Positions 13,099 to 25,926 of a stretch of 64,000 nt of DNA are shown one piece after another. The stretch's first letter is position 1, and the number at the start of each line of letters is the position of its first letter. The notes beneath the pieces are model-generated. The model worked only from the letters and a program-made list of their open reading frames with translations, had not been told where the DNA came from and made no database searches. Both the position numbers and the translations under genes were made by a program. The DNA lies in assembly GCA_965644295.1 (NCBI GenBank), contig CBFFRP010000173.1:17463-81462 (forward strand), in the 5' to 3' direction. Source of the stretch: Paraphysomonas bandaiensis (Eukaryota; Protista; Chrysophyceae).

Positions 13099-14024
13099 GT
13101 ACAGTATCTTGCAACGCCCAACATACACCACCTATTCATAATAGCGGAGGAATAAGGATAGGGATAATACTGCCCCTTTCAAAGAGTCTAATATTGTATG
13201 AAACGATGAGGAACACACACGCGGGAGTAAGAAATTATTCGGGTTCCGGTTAGTTCTATATCGTTAATAGGATTGTAATAATATAACTTCTTAATAAAAA
13301 AGGAAGTATACCCCTAATATATAAAGAGATGAATCCAATAGGATTTCACGACAAACATGTAACACCAAGTATGCAACAACGCACTCTGCAATCTAATATA
13401 AGTGAGAAATATAAGAAATTCAAGAGTAGAGATAAGCGGGAGGTTTTTAAGAGTAGATAAATCAATCAGAGGAATATGATAACGAGGCAAATTCACAATT
13501 GATAGGAGTACAAATAACTTATAACACATTTCACCGTACCTGGTATTGTCACGTACTTTTCATGGACACACGCAAAGACAAAATCAAGATATAGAAGAGG
13601 TAAATTGCACGTATATATACGTAGTCGGTGATTCCTAAACTACAACGACCATTACATACTTCGATCACACATTATTACAAAAATTAAAGTCAATATTAAA
13701 TTAAAGGTTTATTTATAACAAGGTATATTATTTCGTCAAATTTTCGCTTAAACCAGTGGTATTCTTTCTGCAACAAGACAAACAGCGCCAACATGATAAC
13801 CTCAATTTATACCCAATCAGCAAAGTCACCAGCCAGACAGCAAGAAGTACGAATGGGAATATATACATATCACAAACACTCAAAGTATGCATTTTCAATG
13901 TCATCGGAGACGATAAACGAGGTAAGGGTGTCCCACGCATATAACTTAGAGGTTCAGTTAACTGATCACCTGTGAGCGTGTTGATAAGTTGATCGTACCG
14001 CTCACTACCAGACTGGTCTAGTAG

Positions 14025-16885
14025 TCAGTATATGTAAACTTCGCTCTGAGTATCTGGCCACATCACGCGATACTTGTAGCTGAACCGAATAGTTTCTTTA
14101 GGTTGTAGTAGCTTTGCCCACACGACATGATGTGTCTTCTTCGCCATGAACGTGCGAAGAGATGAGGAGTGCTGAGTGGATAGTGATTCAAGCACCGCGG
14201 AAATGACACCTGTCTCATCTTCAATTTGCTCATCAATATAAACTACAGAATCCTTGTCTGGTGATAGCAGTTCGACCTGGAAACAAAACATCATCACTTA
14301 TGCAATATGCTCAGGTAAACACATAATAATTTATGGCAATCATTACAGGTGCACGCAGTTTTACAATATGCATAGTGCCTAAACTACTCCACATATTACA
14401 GCACACTAATCACATGCACACCCCTAGGGTACCTCAATATCCGCAGATGAACTATGCGGAAGATAGTCCGAGAGAATAAACACATGCGGCCTGTGTAGTC
14501 AAGTACATAATATTAGAAATACAAGTCCACTTATCAAAGATACGTAGCATTTTGCGAATAACTACACTTCACACAGCAACTTACTTATCGTATGTACTCG
14601 TGACAGTAACCGCCATATCTTCTATCTTCATCCTATATTTCTTTTTCTCTGTTACAAACCAGCCGGATATATCTTCTTCCTTTGTGCGCTGCGTTGGCAA
14701 GATAGGAGTCATGTTGACTTCTATATTCTTATCGACGCCTAAAAACAAAATAGGAAATTAAAAGTTATTTTGTCATCACATTCCAATAACAATATAGTCA
14801 CCTAAGTCAACTCTTAGATGCCCTCCAGGCTGTGTTGCTTGAATACTAGTTGTGCCTATGTATTGCCCCTGTAGAAATACACACGCGTCTCCCGTAGACA
14901 GAAGTGGCACTCCCTCGCTCCCACTTTCGGTATATGTGCCCCACGATTTCAAGTACGCTCTGCAAAATGTTATGGTGAGGGGTATAATAGTAGTTTAAAA
15001 AACTGATACCTAGAATCGCCTCCCGTGAGTACCGCATAGGAAAAAACTTGAGAGGGTACCTACATTACAATGAAGTATATGACGAGAAACTATTATGTAG
15101 AACGAAAAAGTCACAAACATGGAATCCGAACATATGGATAAGTAGTATATGATAAACCATTTGTTTAAGATTATGTACCTCTGCACTGTGTATAAGCAGC
15201 TTATCATGATTGCTCGAATAATATGGAGAGGGTTTCGATTGACCAGGAAGTAAACGGTACTGGGCCTATTGATCACATTTAACTCCGATCAGGGACACTC
15301 ATCGCACATTAACATAAAATAAAAGCGTAATATATAGACCACTGTAAGAATTATAGGAATCCTAACCTTGTTGTCGGCACTAACTACAGTTGTCTTGTGC
15401 TTGGGGGTGAAAGTAAAAGCCGCCCCCAAGTCGCCTACTCTTTCCACATGAGCTGTCTCCACTACCATGTCTGCCATCGCTGCCATTGGCATAGCCCCAG
15501 CGGATTCCATCATGTCCATCTCGTTGTCTGGCATTCCCTGCGGCAGTAGTGAGTATATATTCCACAGTTGAACAAGAGTTGCAATGGTAACGAAATAAAA
15601 CCGATGATACATATTACTCCACCCTACTAAGTGCTATCACTCCTATATAACAAGCCACTCACCCTATTTCTGGCCATGCTTTTCTTCGCGAAGGTCCTCT
15701 CCTGAGAAAAAGTTCTGTATCTCGGCGAATTATATGAAACAGTCTTCCGCACGGGAGACGGGGAGGCGTGTAGATGCTCGGGAAAGGACGAAGAAAGCAC
15801 AAGTAGTACATCATCCCAATCCTCACCTAAAAGAATATATGTAAACAATATAATATAACAATTTAATAGCCAACCGGTGGATTGTCCAACAGCTGCAAAA
15901 AAGTCAATCTGTAAGGTATATCCATCCTTCCCATTTCCTCCCTCCAGTTTCAAATCGTACTGAGCAGACCAGCTGGCTGGAGATGCCCTGTGCACAGCAG
16001 TAAACTGCTGTACCCTTGGTTCAGCGAAACTGCTCTCCGGTATATAAATATGCATGCGTAAAACCTTCTCAGATCGAGATGGTGGCCAGGAACGAATCTC
16101 AGTAGGAAGTGATTCGCATTTCGTACCGCCAGTATCCGTAGTTCTATACGGAGCTAGGAGAGCGCATGACACGGGGATGTACACACCAGAACTCTCTAAA
16201 GTGTGCACAGCTGCTGTGATAGCATCTATAGCTCGATTAGTATTGTTTAGCTCCTGAGTCACCAGCTTTCTGGAATTTTGAGCAACGCCTACAACACGAT
16301 GATTCCATTACCGCTATGCAAATAATGCCGCACAAATAAGTCCTTACTTATCTCTTTATCTTGGATTGATAACATTTCGAGAACGTTTTCTACAGATGGG
16401 AGTGGCTGTGATGCCTGTGGTGTCACCACCGCCCCAACATATTTTTCGATAGCAGCAGATCTCAACTCAAGTCTGTTATATTCAGAGCGTAGCGTGTCCG
16501 CTTTTTCCATGTATTCGGCTAGAAGAGTTTTGAGGGCACGTAGATGTTTCACATACGCCTCATCCTCAGTACGACTGACAGTGAGATCCTCCACAGACGT
16601 ACTTAACAATCGGGCGTCACCTGTCCCTTGAACTCTGACCGTGCGGTCCTCCAGTGTCCCTGGAAGACCATGCAGTAACACCGTATGATACCCTGCAGTC
16701 AGAGATACGCTGAAGTCTCTCTTAATCTCTGCTGTGTTACCAAGCAACGTCACCTCAGTGATAGTCGAGGTCGGTATCTGAGTAATATCCTTGCAATGAA
16801 CCCCAACAGAGGAGATCATCGTGTATACATACATCCATCCAATAGACAACAATCCACAGCCCACACTGCCATAAGGACGACGCAT
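14025..16885 (-). CDS. DUF4140/DUF4139 family protein with signal peptide, about 9 exons
   Basis: ITEVTLLGNTAEIKR, LPGTLEDRTVRVQG, coiled coil, ASWSAQYDL, QST|GEDWDDVLLVLSS, VDLG|VDKNI, LSDYLPHS, C-terminal FSYKYRVMWP. All joined by GT-AG introns. Confidence 0.8.
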
Positions 16886-17431
16886 CGGACCGCAACAGTG
16901 TTGGTAAAACACAAACACAGTGAGGGAGTAAGCGGGATTATCAATGAGAAATATGGGAGGGTGGATTCCTATCAGCTCTGCTCTCGTCTGCTGGCTGGAT
17001 ATGTACACACTCCCTCCAACTCACATACAGTCCAGTCCAGCCGTATCTTCCTCTCCATATGTCAGTGCAGTACATCCAGAGGGGTCGCTCCACGTGTCAT
17101 CCTTTTCGGGAGTTCCGTTTTTGTCTTCAAAAAGTGCCGGAAATGGTCATTTTCTATGTTTTTGGACTCATATTTCAAAGTCGCCCCTAAAAATCCTATA
17201 TATTACACTCCAGTGTCGTTGTGTGACATGACTGTGACTGAAAACACAGTGTCTCTTGTAGATCCAACAATAAAATTTGGTTTTGAAAAACTGCTCAATG
17301 GAGTTGATTTTTTGTATAGGCCCAAGCCGCTTCGTGAGCACTGGACGGTCGTGTAGTTAAACACTGGCACGTGAACCATCTCACTGTAGGAGGTAGTTAC
17401 ATCAAGAGGTCAGTGAAGCGCTTCTGTTACA

Positions 17432-17767
17432 ATGGCAGGCCAGGGTGCATCTCTTCAAAACTATAATAATGAGCTTGTGAAATGCATTGAGGATCTAAGA
17501 GAGAAGAGAGAAGAGATCAACAGGCAGATCCTTAAAGAAGAAGAGGAGAAGGCGAAGATCCAGAGAGACCTCAGCATACTCACTGATAGGCTATCAAGTA
17601 TCAATGAAAATTTAGCCAAGAAGATTCAAGCGAGAAATGAGTATGACAGGACGATACAGGAGACGGAGGCGGCTTATATGAAGATATTGGAGAGCTCACA
17701 GACACTGCTGCAGGTCCTCAAGAGGGAGACAGTGAGCTTGACTAAGAAGAAGCAGTCATCTTCCTAG
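17432..17767 (+). CDS. SSNA1: SSNA1/DIP13/NA14 microtubule and basal-body coiled-coil protein
   Basis: [26 protein letters not shown]...[17 protein letters not shown] is the highly conserved family sequence; intronless. Confidence 0.97.
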   Translation: MAGQGASLQNYNNELVKCIEDLREKREEINRQILKEEEEKAKIQRDLSILTDRLSSINENLAKKIQARNEYDRTIQETEAAYMKILESSQTLLQVLKRETVSLTKKKQSSS

Positions 17768-19713
17768 GCCGTACGTATAGCCCGCATAAATCAAATCTTT
17801 ATGCTTTGTTCAAAGTGGGTTGTTTCCACCACATTGTTCATAATGATTTGATTTTCTTGCTGTTACAGTAACTCTTCTGGACGAAGCTGTGTTGTACTAC
17901 ATTCTTTGTGCATGATATCATTCAAATTGCTTAATAATTTATACGTAGTGCTTGATTACCTTTCGTGTCGGATACGTATCTATCCACCACAGCTCATTGC
18001 CTGCTAGTGGATGATGTGCATGCACTTGTTGAACACACATTACTATCACATTAAAGTTTAATTATATATATGCTGAACATGTAGAGTGTAATATAGATAA
18101 AGTTCAGTAAGTCGTTGTCGTACTCTATTATTCTCCTCTCGCAGTAGTTTATGATGATCGGTTTGTTAAAGTGAACGGAAAATTATATAGATGCAGCGTA
18201 GTATCTGTATGTTGATGCATACATCGAAACTTAATGTGGTCGTCTGTGTGTATTGATGCGACACGAATATAGAAATCTATCACTATCATTGCAAGAGAAA
18301 AAATACCTCAGTAGATATATTGGTTTGAGGTTTGAGTTAACCTACTCCAATAGTCATTTCCTTTAATTGCTGCCATTGAATTTTTATTTGCTTTCCTATT
18401 ATTATTCATAGAAATACATTTTTCCTCTTATAGCAAGCACGCTACAAGTAGCCATACATTTCAGATGTATTACGCTTTTAACATCATGAGGATAAGCAAC
18501 AATTTATCCTAGGGATAAGTACATAAAAGGAGAAGCGTCCCTTATCTGAAACGAGGGTGAAAGGAAACAGGTGTTCAATATTAACACTAGGAAAACAAAG
18601 TACTCTTTCAAATCAATGGCAGCTATTATTGGACAATTTCGCCCTCGTTAAAACTTGTGAGCTCGGAGTGTTGGAAATTGACTTAACTGAACCATATTTT
18701 CACTCTATCCTGAAATTATAAGTTAGAAACATATAGTAACAGAACAATATCACTTATAACCGAATGTCTTTCCACATCGTATGCCTAACACACTGTAATA
18801 AGAATGTCATCAAGTTACACATAGCCATGGCAGGATTAGACGCATAATTATCGATATAACAATCCGACAGTATACAGTATGACATAGCGCCTTTCCACTA
18901 AGCGCAATCAACGCAATTATTGAACTTCTCATATGCTTCGAGTTCTCTGAAATTATATATGTCAGTGATTAACACACGGTCACTCTAATACACATGTTAG
19001 TAAACTCTCATTACTCAGGTTATCGTACGCTTACCTCTGGGCTCACTAAACTCAGCAGGTGCATTATCACTGGTCTCTCTAGACACAAACGCTATATTTT
19101 TACAGACACCATTCGCGCTGACCCCACTAGGTACAGCACTCACACTACTCTCTGGCAAAGTACGAAGGGACTTACTCTTCCCTAGAATCTCATCTGCCGT
19201 AGACTTGTTGGACGTGTCGCCCGAAGCCGGCATCGATGATGATTCGTCTCTCCTGTCGTCACAATAACGAGGTTTTGAGTGTAGTCTTGGGTTTATTATA
19301 GATATAGCTTAACTCTGAAACATTTCAGGCCAGCGGGTCACTCTTGACTCCCGTAACCTCAAGCGCATCATAGATCGTATATGGCGCAAATACAATTCAA
19401 TGGAAATAGCAATAATTCTTATAACTGTCATTTTTGATGTATACAATACCGAATTAGTTAACATCTAAAACAACCCCATTGTCACATATTCAATATTACC
19501 TACAATACACAGATATATGAAGGCAAAAATATTGGTAAGTGACAAACTAAATATTACAAACACCTATAGCGTCGTAAAAAGTACTTTGAAACAATTTCTT
19601 GCTGCTCATTTGATTTTAGTCCAATTTCTTTGATATTTGATAATTAACTTTGAATCCCTCCTGCACACTGTAAACTAATATTAGGCCCGTAACAAACAAC
19701 TTAAGTTCAATGA

Positions 19714-22700
19714 TTATTCTCCGGTACGTATAGCATAAGCCACCGGTAGAGTTTCACTGCAGACTTTGTTTTCTTCTGGGGCTGAGGGATTTGTATTGGC
19801 TATTGGGTTCAATACAGGTTTCTGCTCAGTTGGTTGGCCTGAACGCCTGTCCTGTACGCAGCAGAAAAAACAGAAGAAGCAAAATACACAAACTCCGCAA
19901 ACTATGACAACAGGGAATACAATAATAACAATTGTATTGTTGTCAAAGGTGTCATCATCAGCATTAGGGTCATGCGGTAGCGAAGGCACGGTACTTGAAG
20001 AAATAGTGGGCACTGTGCTTGGAGAAGGAGTATCTATAGCAACAGTAGATCCGTACAGAACATAGCTCGATCCCGCAGAATCAAGTCCACTAGGATCAGC
20101 CTGCCCTGCACCAATTACCAAGTCAGGAGCACGATCGCCATTAATATCAGTACCAAAGCTGACAGCAGAACCAGTATTATCCCCACTTTGTAAGCCGTTG
20201 ATGACAAGTCCTGTAGAAACGTCTAAGCTGTTCAAATAAAATGTACCGTTTCGCTGCATATCAAGACTATCGTATAGGACATATACAGCACCAGTTGACT
20301 CTCCATGTGAATCAGCGTTAGGAGACCCAATAACAACATCATTCCTCGGACCACCACCAAAATTCCCATTGGCAACAACTGTTGTTCCACTGTGATCATA
20401 ATCTGCACAGCCAATAATTACATAACTGGCGTTATTCACGCTTGGTATTTCGTCACCCACTTCCATCGTATGCCACCCGTACATAAGATAGGTTGCACCG
20501 TTCTCAATAAATCCGTTGTTCGACGAATGTGGCGCTCCAATAGCAATATCATTATAACCATCGTCATTTATATCCCCCGCTGCGCTGACAGAGTGTCCAA
20601 ACCTATCTTCTGGTTTCTCTCCATAAAGAATCCAACCATTGCTTCCATCCAACGCTGCTGCATCTATCGACCTATTAGTTCGATGTCCTCCGAATATAAC
20701 GTACACCGCACCAGACCTGTAGGCACTGGGTGCCCCAACTGCCAGGTCTTCGAAGCCATCTCCATTCATATCGCCCACAGATGATAAAGAGAACCCAGTT
20801 TCATCACCAGCCGCAATGCCATCAATCACAAACCCACGGCATTCACTTAAATTAGATAGCATTATCATATTTGAGGCAGCGATATCATTTCCACCAAACA
20901 AAATATATACAGAACCACTCTGGTTGTTTCCGCCTTTAATTGCACCGATGGCAATGTCGTCAAAACCATCCGCATTAATGTCACCAGCTGAGCCCACAGC
21001 GTATCCCATCATTTCGTTGTCAGTAACGCCTTCAATAACAAGCCCATCCATGCTGTCAACAGTCACTACCCCACTGCTTCCAACAGCACTTCCACCAAAT
21101 ATTACGTATGCCATTCCAGCAGATCCAGCATTCGGCGCACCAATAATGACATCATCAAAGCCGTCGCCATTACAGTCTGTGAACCCAACCGAAAATCCGA
21201 AGTTATCAGCAACACCCATACCATCTATAACAAACCCTGTTTGACCATCAATGTAACTGTCATCGAATTCAGGATCACTTGTTTGACCACCAAATATAAT
21301 AGTGACTGATCCTCGCGTCGTTGAGTTCCCAGGAGAACCCACAACAATATCCGCCATTCCATCACCATTAATATCTCCATTGCAGCTGATGGCATAACCA
21401 CTCTGAGATCCCGCTGTATTTCCATCAAATACAAAGCCATTGTTACCGTTTAATTCGCTCAAATCGCATGCTCCCCCAGTGCATATGTGCTGTGTAGGTG
21501 ATAAAGATGGCATGTGCGTGTGGCCAGAATAAACGTTAAACAAGATAGACGTTGCGCCTGTACTTTCGGAATTTATCGAAGTCACCACTACATCAAGTTG
21601 TCCGTCAGCATTCATATCTCCAACACCAGCCACAGCATATCCGCTATTGTCATCTGCAGCAGCACCGTTGATAGAAAATCCACTACTTCCATCGAGCTGA
21701 CTGACGTAATAAACACCACTGGTTACACTATTTACAAATACCACATAGCTCGTGCCTTCATTATCTGAGTATGGGTCTGCATACGGTGCTCCCGCAACAA
21801 TATCATCAACACCGTCATGATTAATATCACCAGCACAGCTCACCGAGTACCCTAAACCGTCATAATAATCAATGCCATATATAATAAAGCCATCTGGGCC
21901 AGATAGCGCACTCATAGAAACTGCGCCAGTGCTTCCAATTGATGGGCTACCGTACATGACATACACTGCTGATGCTCCAAGCACAATATCATTGATACCA
22001 TCGCCATTGACATCACAGCCAGTAACGGATTCGACAACATGTGAACACGATGATTTAAACCCATCTGATCCGTCTAGGTCCGCTACTCGGATGATTCCAG
22101 CGTCCACACCGGTACCTCCAAGGAAGCTAGAGCCAAATATTACACAGTCATCAACGTACACATCATCGTAGCCGTCATTATTTACATCACCAATACTATT
22201 TAAAGGGTAGCCAAAAAGGTTTGACGAACCAACAATTGTTATGCCATTTGTGCCATCAAAATTTTCCAGCACAAGTACACCTGCATCGCCCACAGAGGAG
22301 CTGCCATAGACTACGAAAGCCACCTCTAACGCAGGTAGTCCAATCATAAAGTCATCGAAACCATCACCATTTATATCACCCGCCTTTCCTTGATATCGGC
22401 CTATATTCAATGAATCCGTTGCACCGTCGGGAGCAACAATAACGAATCCGTTTTTTCCATCTAAAGTTGTGACGTCAAATACTCCATTGCTACCGATAGA
22501 ACTTCCTCCAAATATAACGTAACTTTCACCCATATTAGAAGCAGCATATGGGGCACCTATAACTAAATCATTAAAGCCATCACCGTTGATATCGCCAGCA
22601 CCACACACGGTGTACCCGCCCTCACCACCACTATCGAACCCTAGTATGGTAAAGCCATTTATTCCATTGAGCGTATTTAATGACTGAACTGCAGTATTTC

Positions 22701-25700
22701 CTAGAGAACTGGAGCCAAATATGACATAACTACAACCGGAATTGCTTGTAGAAGCAAATGGTGCACCAATAATTAAGTCTGGTAGCCCATCACCATTGAT
22801 ATCACCAAGTGCACTTACAGAATACCCACTTTGGTCACTGTTTCCCTCGCCCATCCATGTCATCCCATCCACACCATCCAACTCATCAATATCAACAGGG
22901 TTGACAAAATGAATCGCAGGAAAGGATGGAGAAAGTGTCAGTGGCTCCAGTGTCGGTACAGGAGAGTAGTTGGGAGACTCTGTTTGTGGCGGTGTAGATG
23001 TACAAAATATTAAATATACTGCGCCACGATCATTGTTTGCATATGACGCTGCAGTCACAACATGTGACCCCACCCCAAGCACCTGAGAGCCAGAATTATC
23101 ACCATCATCAACGCCGTTCATCGTAAAGCCGTTGGAGCCATCAATATCCCCTAGACGAAATTGGCCACTCGGTACAGATACTGCAAATATCGCAGCTGTT
23201 TCACCAACATTCTCATCATCGCCGATATCCTGGTACGGAAGGCCAAGAATGAAGTCAGCAATACCATCATGATCGATGTCACCAGCACAGCTGGTGGCCT
23301 TGACAAATCTCGCTTCAATTATAAATCCATCTTGACCAGATAAGGTGTCTAAATCGACTAATCCACTACTTCCCACGCCATCCCCACCGAAAAGCACATA
23401 CGTCCTCTCCGAACTGCTACCACCATCCGCCACAATGATATCAAAGCTGCCATCTCCGTTTACATCACACCCACCGGCCACGGACGAAATTATATTATAC
23501 AATCCGCAGCTTATTCTAAAACCATTGGTTCCATCTAGATCTGCCAATTCAAAGTAACCAAATTGAAATCCACTCCCAGCGATATCTGGTGCACCAAATA
23601 TAATATAAACATAACTATTCGATAGCCCAAATAAAATGTCATCATACCCATCTCCATTGAAGTCGCCTGCTGTATCTATATGAAAATCATTGTCGCATCC
23701 ACCACAGTGGTGGCCAGACTCGATAACAAAACCATTGTAACCATCAATATCATCAATATATAACAAGCCAGTTCCTCCTACAGCCTCGCCCCCAAATACG
23801 ACATACAGATTTGCGTTTTCGCAATCGCAGGTAAACATAATATCATTGTATCCGTCACCGTTGACATCGCCAGCCCTACTAACTCTATATCCAATATCAC
23901 CCAAAGAGCTTCCGCGTATAGTGAATCCATTTGACCCATCAAGAGTGTTTAAATATACAACACCAGAACTGCCAACAAAAGTGCCACCGAACAACACATA
24001 AACTTCCCCTGACGACGACACACCGTTTGGATCGGCATAAGGTGCCCCGATAAGTATATCATCAAACCCATCCCCATTTACATCACCAGTACCACTCACC
24101 GTCCACCCACAAGCGTTAGCGTTGTTCACACCCCGGATAACATATCCGTTGCTGCCGTCCAGATCGGACAATGACATAGACGAAATGGACGTGAGGCTTT
24201 CTTGACCGAGTACGACATACACAGCACCCTCGTCGTTGGCATAAGGAGATCCAATCAGTATATCAAGCTCACCATCACCGTTAACATCCGCTGTCCCGAG
24301 AGCATAACCTGCCTTGTCGCCACTGCTCTCTCCGTTAATCGTAATACCTTCACCGGCTTGCATAGATTGCAGCTCCAACGGGTTTGTGCACTGCAACAAA
24401 GAATCGGCAGTTGGGGAAAAAGTATCATCTGTAGTTGGTGTAGCTGTAACCTGCGTTGTGGGAGGGACTGTATTCTGCAGGTCTGACGTGCAATAAATTA
24501 AATACGACTCTCCTTTTCCATCATTAGCGTTATACGCTGTTATCAGGACATCGTCGAGGAGGTCACCGTTGACATCACCCACACCAGCCACTACCCATCC
24601 CGAGTAGTCGTAAGAATTAACCCCATATATGGTATATCCGTTCCCCCCATTTATTCCATCTAACGAAATCACTCCATTCTCATCGTACCCACTAAATATT
24701 ACATACGTCTCGCCCTCGTAAGTACTGTGGGGGGCTGCCGTGTAGGCCCCAATTAAGATATCATCTAAACCATCTAAATTCATGTCACGCGCACAGCTGA
24801 CAGAATTTCCAACTGATCCACCTGTTCCTTCTATAATTAACTGCTCTTCACTCGTGAGTTCGTTGACATCTATACTTCCTGTGTTTCCTACTTCCCCCCC
24901 TCCGTATATCACGTGCACAGTGTTGGTAGTTATATCCCCAGCGACAATATCGTGATTGCTGTCGCCATTCACATCACATCCCCCAGATATGGACGATACA
25001 TCCATGCCCCCAATTGTGAACATGTCTAGATCATGTACAATGCAGTTACCTGAGGTGCACATATCACCTGATCCAAACACCACGAGTGTTTCATCATTTC
25101 CAACAATAGCTATGTCATCGTAGCTATCGCTGTTTATATCTCCTACTGAAGACACGATGAAACCAAAGTTATAATCATCTCCCACGACGTTAAATCCATC
25201 AGATCCATTAAGGCTATTAACGAGAAGCGCACCGGACGACCCGACATTCTCTCCACCATACACAACAGTCAGTGTTTTGGCCGAGGGAGCAGATATATAC
25301 AAATCACTATAGCCGTCGTTGTTGACATCCCCACTGCTACTGCTATATCCCAAATGCCCACCAGTAGTTGAACCGCGGATTATAAATCCATTCACACCAT
25401 TGAGGGTACTAGTGTATAAAGATCCACCACTCCCCACTTCGGGTCCGCCAAATATGACGTAGGCTTCCCCAGCACCTGCCACTCCTGCTGGGTCAGCATC
25501 GGGGCCACCAATCAACACGTCGTCAAAACCATCCCCATTGACATCACCAGCACCACTCACAGACCACCCGATATTCTCATACCCATCAGCACCGTATACT
25601 CTGAAGCCATTCGATCCGTCCAAGTCACGCAGAGAGAGTGTGAGTGTATCTGTCAGATGCGACCCTCCAAATACGATATACGTAGAAGTACCATAACAGT

Positions 25701-25926
25701 TACTGCACCGGTCAGATCCGAGCACAATATCATTGACTCCGTCCCCGTTAATGTCGCCTAATGAGCTGGCAGAGTACCCCGAATAGCTGAAGTATCCTTC
25801 CAGCACAGTGCCCTCTCCTGTCTGGAGATATGACAGCTCTAGAGGGCTAGAGCAGATGCTTCCGGTGGTCCTCACTGCTGATGAGATGAGCAGGAGCAAT
25901 GAGAGCAACATGGTGATTGTTCGCAT
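19714..25926 (-). CDS. Type I membrane protein with four FG-GAP (integrin-alpha-like) beta-propellers, 2070 aa, intronless
   Basis: Signal peptide; many GDxNGDGxxDxxIGAP repeats with LDGSNGF spacers; four modules separated by P/S/T linkers; TM IVIIVFPVVIVCGVCVFCFFCFFCCV; short cytoplasmic tail. Confidence 0.92.
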   Translation of the reverse strand: MRTITMLLSLLLLISSAVRTTGSICSSPLELSYLQTGEGTVLEGYFSYSGYSASSLGDINGDGVNDIVLGSDRCSNCYGTSTYIVFGGSHLTDTLTLSLRDLDGSNGFRVYGADGYENIGWSVSGAGDVNGDGFDDVLIGGPDADPAGVAGAGEAYVIFGGPEVGSGGSLYTSTLNGVNGFIIRGSTTGGHLGYSSSSGDVNNDGYSDLYISAPSAKTLTVVYGGENVGSSGALLVNSLNGSDGFNVVGDDYNFGFIVSSVGDINSDSYDDIAIVGNDETLVVFGSGDMCTSGNCIVHDLDMFTIGGMDVSSISGGCDVNGDSNHDIVAGDITTNTVHVIYGGGEVGNTGSIDVNELTSEEQLIIEGTGGSVGNSVSCARDMNLDGLDDILIGAYTAAPHSTYEGETYVIFSGYDENGVISLDGINGGNGYTIYGVNSYDYSGWVVAGVGDVNGDLLDDVLITAYNANDGKGESYLIYCTSDLQNTVPPTTQVTATPTTDDTFSPTADSLLQCTNPLELQSMQAGEGITINGESSGDKAGYALGTADVNGDGELDILIGSPYANDEGAVYVVLGQESLTSISSMSLSDLDGSNGYVIRGVNNANACGWTVSGTGDVNGDGFDDILIGAPYADPNGVSSSGEVYVLFGGTFVGSSGVVYLNTLDGSNGFTIRGSSLGDIGYRVSRAGDVNGDGYNDIMFTCDCENANLYVVFGGEAVGGTGLLYIDDIDGYNGFVIESGHHCGGCDNDFHIDTAGDFNGDGYDDILFGLSNSYVYIIFGAPDIAGSGFQFGYFELADLDGTNGFRISCGLYNIISSVAGGCDVNGDGSFDIIVADGGSSSERTYVLFGGDGVGSSGLVDLDTLSGQDGFIIEARFVKATSCAGDIDHDGIADFILGLPYQDIGDDENVGETAAIFAVSVPSGQFRLGDIDGSNGFTMNGVDDGDNSGSQVLGVGSHVVTAASYANNDRGAVYLIFCTSTPPQTESPNYSPVPTLEPLTLSPSFPAIHFVNPVDIDELDGVDGMTWMGEGNSDQSGYSVSALGDINGDGLPDLIIGAPFASTSNSGCSYVIFGSSSLGNTAVQSLNTLNGINGFTILGFDSGGEGGYTVCGAGDINGDGFNDLVIGAPYAASNMGESYVIFGGSSIGSNGVFDVTTLDGKNGFVIVAPDGATDSLNIGRYQGKAGDINGDGFDDFMIGLPALEVAFVVYGSSSVGDAGVLVLENFDGTNGITIVGSSNLFGYPLNSIGDVNNDGYDDVYVDDCVIFGSSFLGGTGVDAGIIRVADLDGSDGFKSSCSHVVESVTGCDVNGDGINDIVLGASAVYVMYGSPSIGSTGAVSMSALSGPDGFIIYGIDYYDGLGYSVSCAGDINHDGVDDIVAGAPYADPYSDNEGTSYVVFVNSVTSGVYYVSQLDGSSGFSINGAAADDNSGYAVAGVGDMNADGQLDVVVTSINSESTGATSILFNVYSGHTHMPSLSPTQHICTGGACDLSELNGNNGFVFDGNTAGSQSGYAISCNGDINGDGMADIVVGSPGNSTTRGSVTIIFGGQTSDPEFDDSYIDGQTGFVIDGMGVADNFGFSVGFTDCNGDGFDDVIIGAPNAGSAGMAYVIFGGSAVGSSGVVTVDSMDGLVIEGVTDNEMMGYAVGSAGDINADGFDDIAIGAIKGGNNQSGSVYILFGGNDIAASNMIMLSNLSECRGFVIDGIAAGDETGFSLSSVGDMNGDGFEDLAVGAPSAYRSGAVYVIFGGHRTNRSIDAAALDGSNGWILYGEKPEDRFGHSVSAAGDINDDGYNDIAIGAPHSSNNGFIENGATYLMYGWHTMEVGDEIPSVNNASYVIIGCADYDHSGTTVVANGNFGGGPRNDVVIGSPNADSHGESTGAVYVLYDSLDMQRNGTFYLNSLDVSTGLVINGLQSGDNTGSAVSFGTDINGDRAPDLVIGAGQADPSGLDSAGSSYVLYGSTVAIDTPSPSTVPTISSSTVPSLPHDPNADDDTFDNNTIVIIVFPVVIVCGVCVFCFFCFFCCVQDRRSGQPTEQKPVLNPIANTNPSAPEENKVCSETLPVAYAIRTGE

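Noticed and set aside
19015-19380. 72-aa minus-strand ORF with coding-like composition
   Set aside because: No recognisable domain or coherent gene model; at most a pseudogene scrap.
19766-24496. Many antisense ORFs over the FG-GAP gene (and over other genes)
   Set aside because: Shadow frames caused by codon bias of the real sense-strand CDS.
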